NCBI GenBank assembly: GCA_020724845.1
Contig: DYGE01000006.1
Coordinates: 1-51,570, forward strand
Direction of reading: 5' to 3'
From: Candidatus Paceibacter sp.
GTDB taxonomy: Bacteria > Patescibacteriota > Minisyncoccia > UBA6257 > 02-FULL-45-10c
Length of the DNA stretch: 51,570 bases
Positions 36,194-44,160 of this stretch are shown here, piece after piece. The notes under the pieces were generated by a model, which searched no databases, was not told the DNA's origin, and saw nothing but the letters and a program-made list of their open reading frames with translations. The number at the start of each line of letters is the position of its first letter. The first letter of the stretch is position 1. The translations under genes and the position numbers were made by a program.

Positions 36194-36393
36194 TGAATTT
36201 AGCTGTTAGTTTTGAGTTGTTAGCCGTTAGCGATCCGCCGGCTGGCGGACTAAAAGCTAAGAACCTTAAAATAAAAGCTGATAATTTTAATTTTTTGTTA
36301 ATTTTACTAATTATTTTTTTTGATTTTGGTTTAGTTGGGAGCCTGCCGGTAGGCAGAGATTCTCCGTCGCGGCGGGGTTTATTATATACAATG

Positions 36394-36600
36394 TGCTGGG
36401 GAGGAGATTCGAACTCCTATAGTCTTGCGACTGTCCCGCTCTCCATAATTTGTGCGGCTGAGAGGATTTGAACCTCCACGGGATTGCTCCCACAGGCTCC
36501 TGAAGCCTGCGCGTCTGCCAATTCCGCCACAGCCGCATTTTGTTAATGTTATCGGGATGTGCCTGCCGGCAGGCAGGTCTGCCAGTTTCACCACCCCAGC
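36394..36600 (-). tRNA. Interrupted (outer) tRNA-Leu, anticodon probably GAG if joined; may be a pseudogene
   Basis: 5' part GCTGGGG-TG-GTGAAACTGGCAGAC[16-nt insert]AC-A-TCCCG-AT. 3' part GAGAG-CGGGA-CAGTCGCAAGACTAT-AGGAG-TTCGAAT-CTCCT-CCCCAGC-A. All stems are complementary. Confidence 0.7.
36453..36536 (-). tRNA. tRNA-Leu(CAG), nested inside the outer tRNA
   Basis: GCGGCTG...CAGGC-TT-CAG-GA-GCCTG, long variable arm, GGAGG-TTCAAAT-CCTCT-CAGCCGC-A. Confidence 0.95.
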
Positions 36601-36628
36601 ACGCTGTATATAATATCCTGCCCTTCCA

Positions 36629-38290
36629 CTATTTAAATATTCTAGTTGTTTTCAGATACCAGCGATGAACGTTTTTGAAACGATCGGCTGGCGTATTTAT
36701 CACTCTTTCTTCAAATCCACCAAGGTTTTTTGGCCCGACATAGAGATAGGTCGGTGAATAGAGGAAGATAGCCGGCATGTCTTTGCTGATCAAGTTTTGC
36801 AGCTCCGACAATTCTTTTCCCCTAGATTCCGGGTCAAAATTTTTCCTAGTTGACTCCAGCAATGAATCGACCTTTTTGTTATTGTAAAGGGCCAAATTTA
36901 ATCCGGGATAGAATCTTTCAGAAGAATGCCAGAAAGAAAAGATATCCGGGTTGCTTCTTAGTATGTTTCCAAAAATTATCATTTGGTAATTTCTAGTTTT
37001 TATTACTTCGTTTGTTACGTCGGCTGGGTTCAGGAATATCGGCTTAAGTGAAATGCCGGCTTTAGCCCAATCCGCTTTAATGATTTCAATGGTTTCTGTT
37101 AGAAACGATATCTGCGGAACCACTATTGAAAATTCCAGCAGCTTCTCTTGTCCGCTTACTTTTTTCGTCCGAATATTGTTTTCTTCATTTAATTCCCATT
37201 GATCGTCTTCTAATAAGGAGACGGCTTCTTCTATAGAAAATTCAGTCATGGGGCTCGCGCTTATGTCATAGCCGTCCATAACTGGAAGGATCGGCTGATT
37301 GACTATGGATGCTCTTCCTAAGAAAACCTCATCAATAATTCTTTTTTTGTCTGTGGCCAAGCTAAGGGCCCGGATTAAGTCTGGGTCTTCGAGGTTGGGG
37401 GCCGCGCTTTTATTAAAGAAGATGGCATAATATTGCGGCATTCTTATTTCTAATATTTGATGGCTTAATTTCAGGTTGCCAAGATTTTTAGGACTTATTC
37501 CCCCTAAGCCGTCTATGCGCTTTTGATTAAAGGCATCGATAGCTTCCGCGGTGCTTGGGTAGAATTTAACCTCGAATTCCTTTATGAACGGTTTTTCTAA
37601 AGAGAAGTGCTCGTTAGTAGCCAGTTTGTAGCCGGTAATGAACCCATCTTTTCTTTTCTCTGAAGAGATGAATCTATAAGGGCCGCTACCGACTGGTTCC
37701 AGGTTAAATTCGGATAATCTGAAGTTTTCTACGGGGATAGCGCCAAATATATGCCGCGGTATTATTCTAAAGCCTTTTAGGTTATCTAAGAAAAAAGCGT
37801 AAGGCGTTCTTAACGCGAATTCTACCTCTCTTTCGCTGATTCTGTTCACGACTATGCCTTGCCAAGTCAGGAACAGCGGCGATCGGCTGTTAGGATTTTG
37901 TATGGCATCAATAGTGAAAAGAATGTCGTCGCTGGTTATCGGCTTGCCATCGCTCCAGCGAAGATTGGATTTTAAGGTAACATTCCAAGTCTGCCCATCC
38001 GGGCTGACCTTGTAACTCTCCGACAAATCAATTAGGCCGCTGAATAATAATTCTATAAGATCCCTATCAACGTCGTTTGTGCCGGCAATGACGGGATTTA
38101 TGGCTATTGGTTGGCCGATAACGCCTTCTCGATAAATCTGGCTTTCTACCGGGACCTCTATTGTGGCCGTTTGGAATATTAGAATGGCCCAGAGGATCCC
38201 CGATGCCAAGAAAATCAATAAAGACCCCCAGAAGATTTGGCGCTCGGTTTTTGTAAAGCTATTAAAAATTTGGTTTATAAAGTTAACCAT
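36629..38290 (-). CDS. ABC transporter peptide-binding protein (OppA/DppA, family 5), membrane-anchored
   Basis: EGVIGQP..INP, WSDGKPIT.DD..FT, PVGSGPY, D.FSFWHSS; N-terminal TM helix. Confidence 0.88.
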   Translation of the reverse strand: MVNFINQIFNSFTKTERQIFWGSLLIFLASGILWAILIFQTATIEVPVESQIYREGVIGQPIAINPVIAGTNDVDRDLIELLFSGLIDLSESYKVSPDGQTWNVTLKSNLRWSDGKPITSDDILFTIDAIQNPNSRSPLFLTWQGIVVNRISEREVEFALRTPYAFFLDNLKGFRIIPRHIFGAIPVENFRLSEFNLEPVGSGPYRFISSEKRKDGFITGYKLATNEHFSLEKPFIKEFEVKFYPSTAEAIDAFNQKRIDGLGGISPKNLGNLKLSHQILEIRMPQYYAIFFNKSAAPNLEDPDLIRALSLATDKKRIIDEVFLGRASIVNQPILPVMDGYDISASPMTEFSIEEAVSLLEDDQWELNEENNIRTKKVSGQEKLLEFSIVVPQISFLTETIEIIKADWAKAGISLKPIFLNPADVTNEVIKTRNYQMIIFGNILRSNPDIFSFWHSSERFYPGLNLALYNNKKVDSLLESTRKNFDPESRGKELSELQNLISKDMPAIFLYSPTYLYVGPKNLGGFEERVINTPADRFKNVHRWYLKTTRIFK

Positions 38291-38361
38291 CTCAAGTTCC
38301 TTTCAGGATTTGAGTCCTAGATCTTCAGCCGGGAGAATAGTCTAGTATCAGACTAGATTTG

Positions 38362-38577
38362 CTATATGACCAGATCAATAAGCGCTAAGACCGCAAAAGC
38401 TGTTGCTAAGACAATGGTGCTCCAATAAATAAATCTTTCCAGCCCTCTTCGGGTCTGATAAAAGCCGCTTTCGCTGCTGTCTCCTCCGAAAACTCCGGAT
38501 AAACCAGAAGACCGCTCCTGAAGCAGGATCAGTATAATTAAGAGTATGGAAACAGTTAGTTGCGCTATAGGGAGCAT
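38362..38577 (-). CDS. secG: Preprotein translocase subunit SecG
   Basis: ILLQERSSGLSGVFGG...TRRGLE, two TM helices. Confidence 0.88.
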   Translation of the reverse strand: MLPIAQLTVSILLIILILLQERSSGLSGVFGGDSSESGFYQTRRGLERFIYWSTIVLATAFAVLALIDLVI

Positions 38578-38596
38578 GAATTAGGTATTGGCTTTT

Positions 38597-38971
38597 TTAT
38601 AGCCGGGGTTTTTGAAATAAAGATTTGGCAGAGAAATTAAGCAAAATATTCACTAAGGTAATCAACAGAGTTGAATATATAAGCGGTTCAATTCCTGTAA
38701 TTGTAACATTCTCGCTTAAAATGTCAAGAAGATAGAGCATGCTGGCGTTTATTACCAGGGTAAACAGGCCCAAGGTAAGGATGACTGCTGGGGAGAGGAT
38801 AAATTTGACGATTGGCCTCACGTATAGGTTTATAAGCGTGAAAACGCCCGCCGCTATTAATAAATTGACAAAATCAGCAGATACCTCGAATCCATCAATA
38901 AACTGAGCCGCTACAATAAGGGCTATTAGGTTGGTAAAAAAGAAGAATATAAGCCTGCTGATCAATCGCAT
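38597..38971 (-). CDS. 4-TM phage-holin-family (YvlD-like) membrane protein
   Basis: N..VRPI......P...LTLGLF..VINA.ML motif. Confidence 0.85.
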   Translation of the reverse strand: MRLISRLIFFFFTNLIALIVAAQFIDGFEVSADFVNLLIAAGVFTLINLYVRPIVKFILSPAVILTLGLFTLVINASMLYLLDILSENVTITGIEPLIYSTLLITLVNILLNFSAKSLFQKPRL

Positions 38972-38993
38972 ACATTTATTATAACCTTTTTAT

Positions 38994-40322
38994 CTATCCG
39001 GCGGAATTTTCCGCCATCGGAGAAAACTTCCTCTTCCGCACTATTCGGTGATAACGGATAGCGAAATTGTGGGTATTTTGGATGGCCAACTTAATGAGTT
39101 TTTGAAAGTCTTCCGGCAAGGAGGCGATGCTAACCGGCTTTTTATCCAGGCCGAATACCAATTGCTGGGGTTTAGCGAAAGAAATTACTTTAGTACGTAG
39201 CCCGTAATCCGTGGCGCGTATGGTTTTGGCTAGCGCGCGTTTAGCCGCATTAAGCTGCGTTATTCCTCCGTCTATGATGATAAGATCCGGATATGGCCAC
39301 TCCGGATGATTGAGGCGGCGGGAAACAATTTCCTCCATCATGCGCGGATCATCTTCCGTATAAATCCCGCGTATTTTAAATTTGCGCCACATTGGCTTAT
39401 TAGCTTCCCATCTCAACCCGTTTTTAACCCAAGCTGTTAGGGCGCCAACTGCTTCTTTCCCAGAAAGGTGGGAGTTGTCGTAACACTCAACGTTGCTAGC
39501 GGTTAGCGTATAGCGATTAGCGTATAGGGTTTTATTCTCTTCTCTCCTGACCCCTGATCGCTGACCGCCAGACGCTTCAAGGTATGGTTCATGCTCCCAA
39601 ATCTTTTCCAACACCAATAATTCGTAAGGATCCTTCAGTTGGCGAATAAACTTTTTGTCTTTTCCAGTTAGAACATTTCTAATCTTAGTAATATTTTTCC
39701 TGTATTCTTTAATCAACTTGTCGTCAGTTGTCGGTTGTCGGTCATTAGTTAGTGTACAGCAATACCCCAAACAATTTCCAATCTGCGCGTTTAGGCAGGA
39801 GCGCAGATGGGGCTTGCAGGTGCAATAAGGAAAGCGCCGCCGCAATAATCTAAGCATTGCCTTAAGGGACCTGCCGTCTGTAAATGGGCCGATGTAATCT
39901 ATCAGCGAATAGCGAATCTTTTTCGAATTTACGAATTCGTTTATTCGTGATTTATTCGTTATTCGTTGATTTACCGGTTGGTGAGTGAGAAAGATTCTCG
40001 GAAGTCGCTCTTTCGTTACGGCTATGTAAAAATAATTCTTATCGTCCTTAAAAAGAACGTTGTATTTCGGCTTTAAATCTTTAATAAGCCGAGATTCAAC
40101 GATTAGGGCTTCGATATTTGAATGAAGTTTTATAAATTTCAGCCTGTTAGCTTCTTTGTGCAGCGCCTCGCTCTTGTAATCAATGATTTTCAAGTAGCTT
40201 TTGAGCCGATTTTTCAAATTTGAAGCTTTCCCGATGTAAAGCGGGTTTTTGTCTTTGTAGAATAGATAGACTCCCGGACCTTTGGGGGCCGACTTGATTT
40301 TTTTAACCAATGAAGACAACAT
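38994..40322 (-). CDS. uvrC: UvrC-like excinuclease (GIY-YIG + RNase H-like domains; no evident C-terminal HhH)
   Basis: PGVY...LYIGKA.NLKNRL.SY, PKYN..KDDK, ECYDNSH, IIDGG..QL, HNFAI.YHR. ATG at 40322 chosen as start. Confidence 0.88.
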   Translation of the reverse strand: MLSSLVKKIKSAPKGPGVYLFYKDKNPLYIGKASNLKNRLKSYLKIIDYKSEALHKEANRLKFIKLHSNIEALIVESRLIKDLKPKYNVLFKDDKNYFYIAVTKERLPRIFLTHQPVNQRITNKSRINEFVNSKKIRYSLIDYIGPFTDGRSLKAMLRLLRRRFPYCTCKPHLRSCLNAQIGNCLGYCCTLTNDRQPTTDDKLIKEYRKNITKIRNVLTGKDKKFIRQLKDPYELLVLEKIWEHEPYLEASGGQRSGVRREENKTLYANRYTLTASNVECYDNSHLSGKEAVGALTAWVKNGLRWEANKPMWRKFKIRGIYTEDDPRMMEEIVSRRLNHPEWPYPDLIIIDGGITQLNAAKRALAKTIRATDYGLRTKVISFAKPQQLVFGLDKKPVSIASLPEDFQKLIKLAIQNTHNFAIRYHRIVRKRKFSPMAENSAG

Positions 40323-40356
40323 AAAATTAGTAGCCATTACAAAATATAAGAAAATC

Positions 40357-40503
40357 ATGGCCTCGTCAAGAAAAACAGATGAAATCCGGTGTTCTGGATG
40401 CGGCATTACGGTTGCTGAGTTTGCCAAGAGGCAAAGCTGCCAATGTGGGCCTGGTCCCGATAGGACGATCGAAAATTTCTGGAAAGCTGAAATTACTGAC
40501 TAA
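40357..40503 (+). CDS. Putative 48-aa Cys-rich (zinc-ribbon-like) microprotein
   Basis: MASSRKTDEIRCSGCG...SCQCG...; TATAAG 6 nt before the ATG; terminator right after the stop. Confidence 0.45.
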   Translation: MASSRKTDEIRCSGCGITVAEFAKRQSCQCGPGPDRTIENFWKAEITD

Positions 40504-40532
40504 AATCCGTCCGCCAGCTGGCGGACGGATTT
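40503..40532. terminator. Palindromic bidirectional terminator built on TCCGCCAGCTGGCGGA
   Basis: AAATCCGTCCGCCAGCTGGCGGACGGATTT is a perfect palindrome. Confidence 0.75.
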
Positions 40533-40549
40533 CTGTTTGAAGCTCAATT

Positions 40550-42106
40550 CTATTTCTTCAGGATTTTTTTCAAACTGTTGCCGGTCATTTCTTTCGGCTT
40601 CGGAATCCCGAGTATTTCCAGGATAGTCGGCGCTACGTCGGCTTGGGTGCCGACATTTTTTATTTCTTGGGAGCTTACCTGTTCCGCGGTCTTCTTTTTC
40701 GCGAATTCCTTTCCTATTATATAAATTGGAACTGCCGATAAATCGTGAGTAGTGGTTATTTCCCCGGTTTCCGGACTTCTCATGGACTCAATATTCCCGT
40801 GATCAGAGGTGATGATCAGGGTTATGTTTTTATCGGATATAATCTTTAACAGCCTGCCTATCTGTTCATCTATTATTTTTACCGCCTCTTTAGCCGCGTC
40901 AATGTTTCCGGTATGAGCCACCATATCCCCGTTTGAGTAATTTACCAGAATGAAATCAAAGGCCTGGTCTTCAACGGCCTGAATGGTTCTGGTGGTTACC
41001 TCTTTAGCTTGCATGGCCGGTTTTTCGGCATAGTTAACTACATCTTCAGACGGAATCAGGACTCGGAATTCATTTTTAAACGGCTCTTGCCGGAAACCAT
41101 TAAAGAAGTAAGTAATATGAGCGTATTTTTCGGTTTCACCTATTCGTATCTGGAGCTTGTTATTATCGGCTAAGACCTTCCCGATGGGATTCTCAAACTT
41201 TTCTGGAGGAAAGGCGGCGGGGATTTTAAATTTATCGGAATAACTAGTCATGCTCGCAATGTGTAAATTGTTAAATTGCTTAACCGGGAATTTGTTGAAA
41301 TCTGGCGAAACGAAGGCGGAAACCAGCTGCCTCATGCTGTCTTCTCTGAAGTTGAAAAATAAAAGGGAGTCGCCGTCTTTTACTGCTCCGTTAGGATTAA
41401 TGACGTGAGGCTCGATGTAGAGGTCATTTAAATTTTTTTCATAGTGCGACTTAAAAAGGTTTTCCAGATTTTCCTCCTTTGGCCCGTCGCCGGTAATTGC
41501 CTTGTAGGCCTTTTCGGTCCGATCCCAATGCCCTTCTCGCTCTAGGGCGAAATATCTGCCGGAAACGCTGCTAATTTTGACTGCGTTGTCGCTCCCGACC
41601 TCATAAGCCAAGCTTCCGGCCAGCCTTAGTCCTGATTTCGGATCACTGTCCTTGCCGTCGGAAAATAAGTGGAGATTTATTTTGGAAACGCCGTTTGCTT
41701 TTGCCAGTTTTATCAGGGAGCGGAGATGGTATAGCGAGGCGTGGATGTTGCCTTCGGTAAGCAGGCCGGCCAAATTGAGAGAGCTGTTCTGTTTTTTAAC
41801 ATGATCAAAGGCCTCCAAGAATACTGGGTTTTTTGCGAAGCTGCCATCTATTATGGAGGCGGTTATTCTGGGGTAGTGCTGGTAGATTAATCTTCCGGCG
41901 GCCAGGGTTTGGTGCCCTTCGCTGTTCCCCTTGATTCCTGAAGGCAGGCCGATGGTGATGCCGGAAGTTTGCAGAGCGCCGATTGAGTAGTTCTCTTTAA
42001 TAAAGTCAATATTCGGCGTGCCCTGGATGAAAATCGGGTTCGATTCGTTTTTGGGACCTACGCCCCAGCCGTCCAAAATGAGTAAAATTACTTGACGCTT
42101 GGCCAT
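40550..42106 (-). CDS. gpmI: 2,3-bisphosphoglycerate-independent phosphoglycerate mutase
   Basis: LILDGWG, GNSE-GH, ETEKYAHITYFFNG, N.DMVAHTG, TSDHGN, TTH. Confidence 0.93.
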   Translation of the reverse strand: MAKRQVILLILDGWGVGPKNESNPIFIQGTPNIDFIKENYSIGALQTSGITIGLPSGIKGNSEGHQTLAAGRLIYQHYPRITASIIDGSFAKNPVFLEAFDHVKKQNSSLNLAGLLTEGNIHASLYHLRSLIKLAKANGVSKINLHLFSDGKDSDPKSGLRLAGSLAYEVGSDNAVKISSVSGRYFALEREGHWDRTEKAYKAITGDGPKEENLENLFKSHYEKNLNDLYIEPHVINPNGAVKDGDSLLFFNFREDSMRQLVSAFVSPDFNKFPVKQFNNLHIASMTSYSDKFKIPAAFPPEKFENPIGKVLADNNKLQIRIGETEKYAHITYFFNGFRQEPFKNEFRVLIPSEDVVNYAEKPAMQAKEVTTRTIQAVEDQAFDFILVNYSNGDMVAHTGNIDAAKEAVKIIDEQIGRLLKIISDKNITLIITSDHGNIESMRSPETGEITTTHDLSAVPIYIIGKEFAKKKTAEQVSSQEIKNVGTQADVAPTILEILGIPKPKEMTGNSLKKILKK

Positions 42107-42229
42107 ACTCTACATTATAATATAGAAAATCGTAAGAACCTACCTGAATAATAGGTTCAAGTAATAATTAAAATAATACGTTCCTAACAAATTCATAGAA
42201 AATGAAATACTTAGAGAACAATTTAACGA

Positions 42230-43750
42230 ATGCTAACAAACCCACTTTTATGGGCGGCTTTACTCATTGGTGCGGCCGTCGGATATCTTGTTCGTCAATT
42301 AATTGCCCAAAAGCAGCTTAGTTCTGCCGAGCAAAGAGTTAAATCTTCTTTAGAAGAAGCAAAGACCCAAGCGAAGGAGGTTATTTTAGACGCGAAGGAA
42401 AAAGCGGCTAAGTTGCTGGAGGAAGTAAAAGGAGAAGAAAAGTCCAGAAAGATACAAATAGACAAGCTGGAAGAGCGCGTCTTGAAGCGCGAGGAAAATC
42501 TGGAAAAGCAGCTGGCGGATTTCAGTTCCCAAAAGCTTAGCCTGGAAGAAGAGGGGAAAAAAGTAGAAGCAGAAAGAGCGGAAATCGGCGAATTAAAAGA
42601 TAGGATTAGGCAGGAATTGGAGAAGGTTGCTTCGTTCACTGTTGAAGACGCGAAAAAACAAATTCTGGAAAAAACCAAGGAGGAGCACAAGGGAGAGCTT
42701 TTAGTCGCTCTGAATAAATTGGAGAATGAACGGCGCGAGGAAATTGAAAAGAAGAGCGTAGAAATAATTACCACCGCCATTCAGCGATACGCGCGATCTC
42801 ACGTGGCGGACGTAACCACTACCGCATTTCAATTGCCTAATGAAGATTTGAAAGGAAAGATTATCGGCAGGGAGGGCAGAAATATTAAGGCGCTTGAGAG
42901 GGCTACTGGGGTAGAAATTATTGTTGATGAAACTCCAGATACTATAATACTCTCGTCTTTTGATCCTTTGCGCCGGGAAATAGCCCGGCTCTCGCTGGAA
43001 AAACTCATCAAAGACGGCAGGATTCAGCCAGCCAAAATAGAAGAAAAAGTAGAGGAATCGCGCCAAGATATGAACAAGAGGATGATGGAAATAGGAGAAA
43101 ACGCTTGTTTGGAAGTTGGCGTAGTGGGGCTGCCGAAAGAGATAGTTCAGCTGGTGGGCCGGCTCTACTTCCGAACTAGCTTTGGCCAGAATGTTCTAAT
43201 TCACTCTATAGAGATGGCCCACATTTCAGCCATGATGGCTGCCGAGCTGGGCGCGAATGTTGAGGTTGCCAAGAAGGGGGCTCTTCTGCACGATATCGGA
43301 AAGGCGATAGATCACGAGGTTCAAGGAACTCACGTTGAATTGGGTAGGAAGATTTTGAAAAAATACGGGGTGGACGAAGAGGTTATCAAGGCCATGCAGT
43401 CCCATCACGAGGAATTTCCTTACTCTACTCCGGAGTCTTATATCGTAACCGCTGCGGACGTTCTTTCCGCGGCCAGGCCGGGAGCTAGGCGCGGGACCGT
43501 GGAAAATTACATTAAGCGCTTGGAAGATCTGGAGAAAATTGCCACTGGCTTTGACGGGGTTAAGAATGCTTATGCTATTTCTGCTGGCAGAGAAGTGCGG
43601 GTATTCGTGGTTCCGGAGAAAGTGGATGATTTCGGCGCCTTGGAGCTCGCTAAAAACATTGCTAATAAGATTCAGACTGACATGAAATATCCTGGCGAAA
43701 TTAAGGTGAATGTAATCCGAGAAATGCGAGCTGTAGAGGTTGCTAGGTAA
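42230..43750 (+). CDS. rny: Ribonuclease Y
   Basis: N-terminal TM helix, coiled coil, KH motif KGKIIGREGRNI, HD motif LLHDIGKA, SAARPGAR. Confidence 0.97.
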   Translation: MLTNPLLWAALLIGAAVGYLVRQLIAQKQLSSAEQRVKSSLEEAKTQAKEVILDAKEKAAKLLEEVKGEEKSRKIQIDKLEERVLKREENLEKQLADFSSQKLSLEEEGKKVEAERAEIGELKDRIRQELEKVASFTVEDAKKQILEKTKEEHKGELLVALNKLENERREEIEKKSVEIITTAIQRYARSHVADVTTTAFQLPNEDLKGKIIGREGRNIKALERATGVEIIVDETPDTIILSSFDPLRREIARLSLEKLIKDGRIQPAKIEEKVEESRQDMNKRMMEIGENACLEVGVVGLPKEIVQLVGRLYFRTSFGQNVLIHSIEMAHISAMMAAELGANVEVAKKGALLHDIGKAIDHEVQGTHVELGRKILKKYGVDEEVIKAMQSHHEEFPYSTPESYIVTAADVLSAARPGARRGTVENYIKRLEDLEKIATGFDGVKNAYAISAGREVRVFVVPEKVDDFGALELAKNIANKIQTDMKYPGEIKVNVIREMRAVEVAR

Positions 43751-43845
43751 AAATTACAGGAATGCGATTAGGAAATAATCGCATTTTTGTTATAATGAAA
43801 ATAATTTTAAAAACCAGGTCGAATAAATTAAATCTTAAAAAACAA

Positions 43846-44121
43846 ATGACCAAAGAAGGATTGGTTGAGGCGGTTATGAAGGATGCCAAGATGGATACTA
43901 AGGCTGCTGCCCAGAGGGCGGTGGAAGCGGTGTTCGATGCAATTACTAAATCCCTCTCCAGGGGCGAAGAGGTAACTGTTACCGGATTTGGAACTTTCCG
44001 AACGGCAAAATCTGCCGCTCGCACCGGAAGGAATCCGAAGACCGGAGAGAGTATTCAGATTCCCGCGTCAGTAAGGCCTAAATTCAAGGCCGGAAAGGCT
44101 TTAAAAGACGCCGTAAAGTAA
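43846..44121 (+). CDS. hup: DNA-binding protein HU
   Basis: MTKEGLV...GFGTF...AARTGRNPKTGE.I.IPA...PKFKAGKALKDAV. Confidence 0.96.
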   Translation: MTKEGLVEAVMKDAKMDTKAAAQRAVEAVFDAITKSLSRGEEVTVTGFGTFRTAKSAARTGRNPKTGESIQIPASVRPKFKAGKALKDAVK

Positions 44122-44160
44122 AATAAAAACTGTCCGTCAGCTGACGGACAGTTTTTATTT
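44121..44160. terminator. 40-bp perfect palindrome / bidirectional terminator with TCCGTCAGCTGACGGA core
   Basis: AAATAAAAACTGTCCGTCAGCTGACGGACAGTTTTTATTT between convergent genes. Confidence 0.8.

Noticed and set aside
36394-36443. Prophage/island att-site duplication of the tRNA-Leu(CAG) 3' end
   Set aside because: The sequence differs from the inner tRNA and instead pairs with the 5' half at 36551-36600.
36444-36550. Group I intron in the outer tRNA-Leu (5' exon ends in U, intervening sequence ends in G)
   Set aside because: Only 23 nt remain outside the inner tRNA, leaving no room for a P3-P9 catalytic core. No canonical bulge-helix-bulge could be drawn either.
36217-36594. ORFs over the tRNA-Leu locus (and likewise 25756..25989 over tmRNA and 48568..49070 over tRNA-Pro)
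   Set aside because: Spurious translations of structural RNA genes.
38597-38971. Prophage suggested by a holin-family gene
   Set aside because: This 4-TM family is a common chromosomal gene and no phage genes are nearby.
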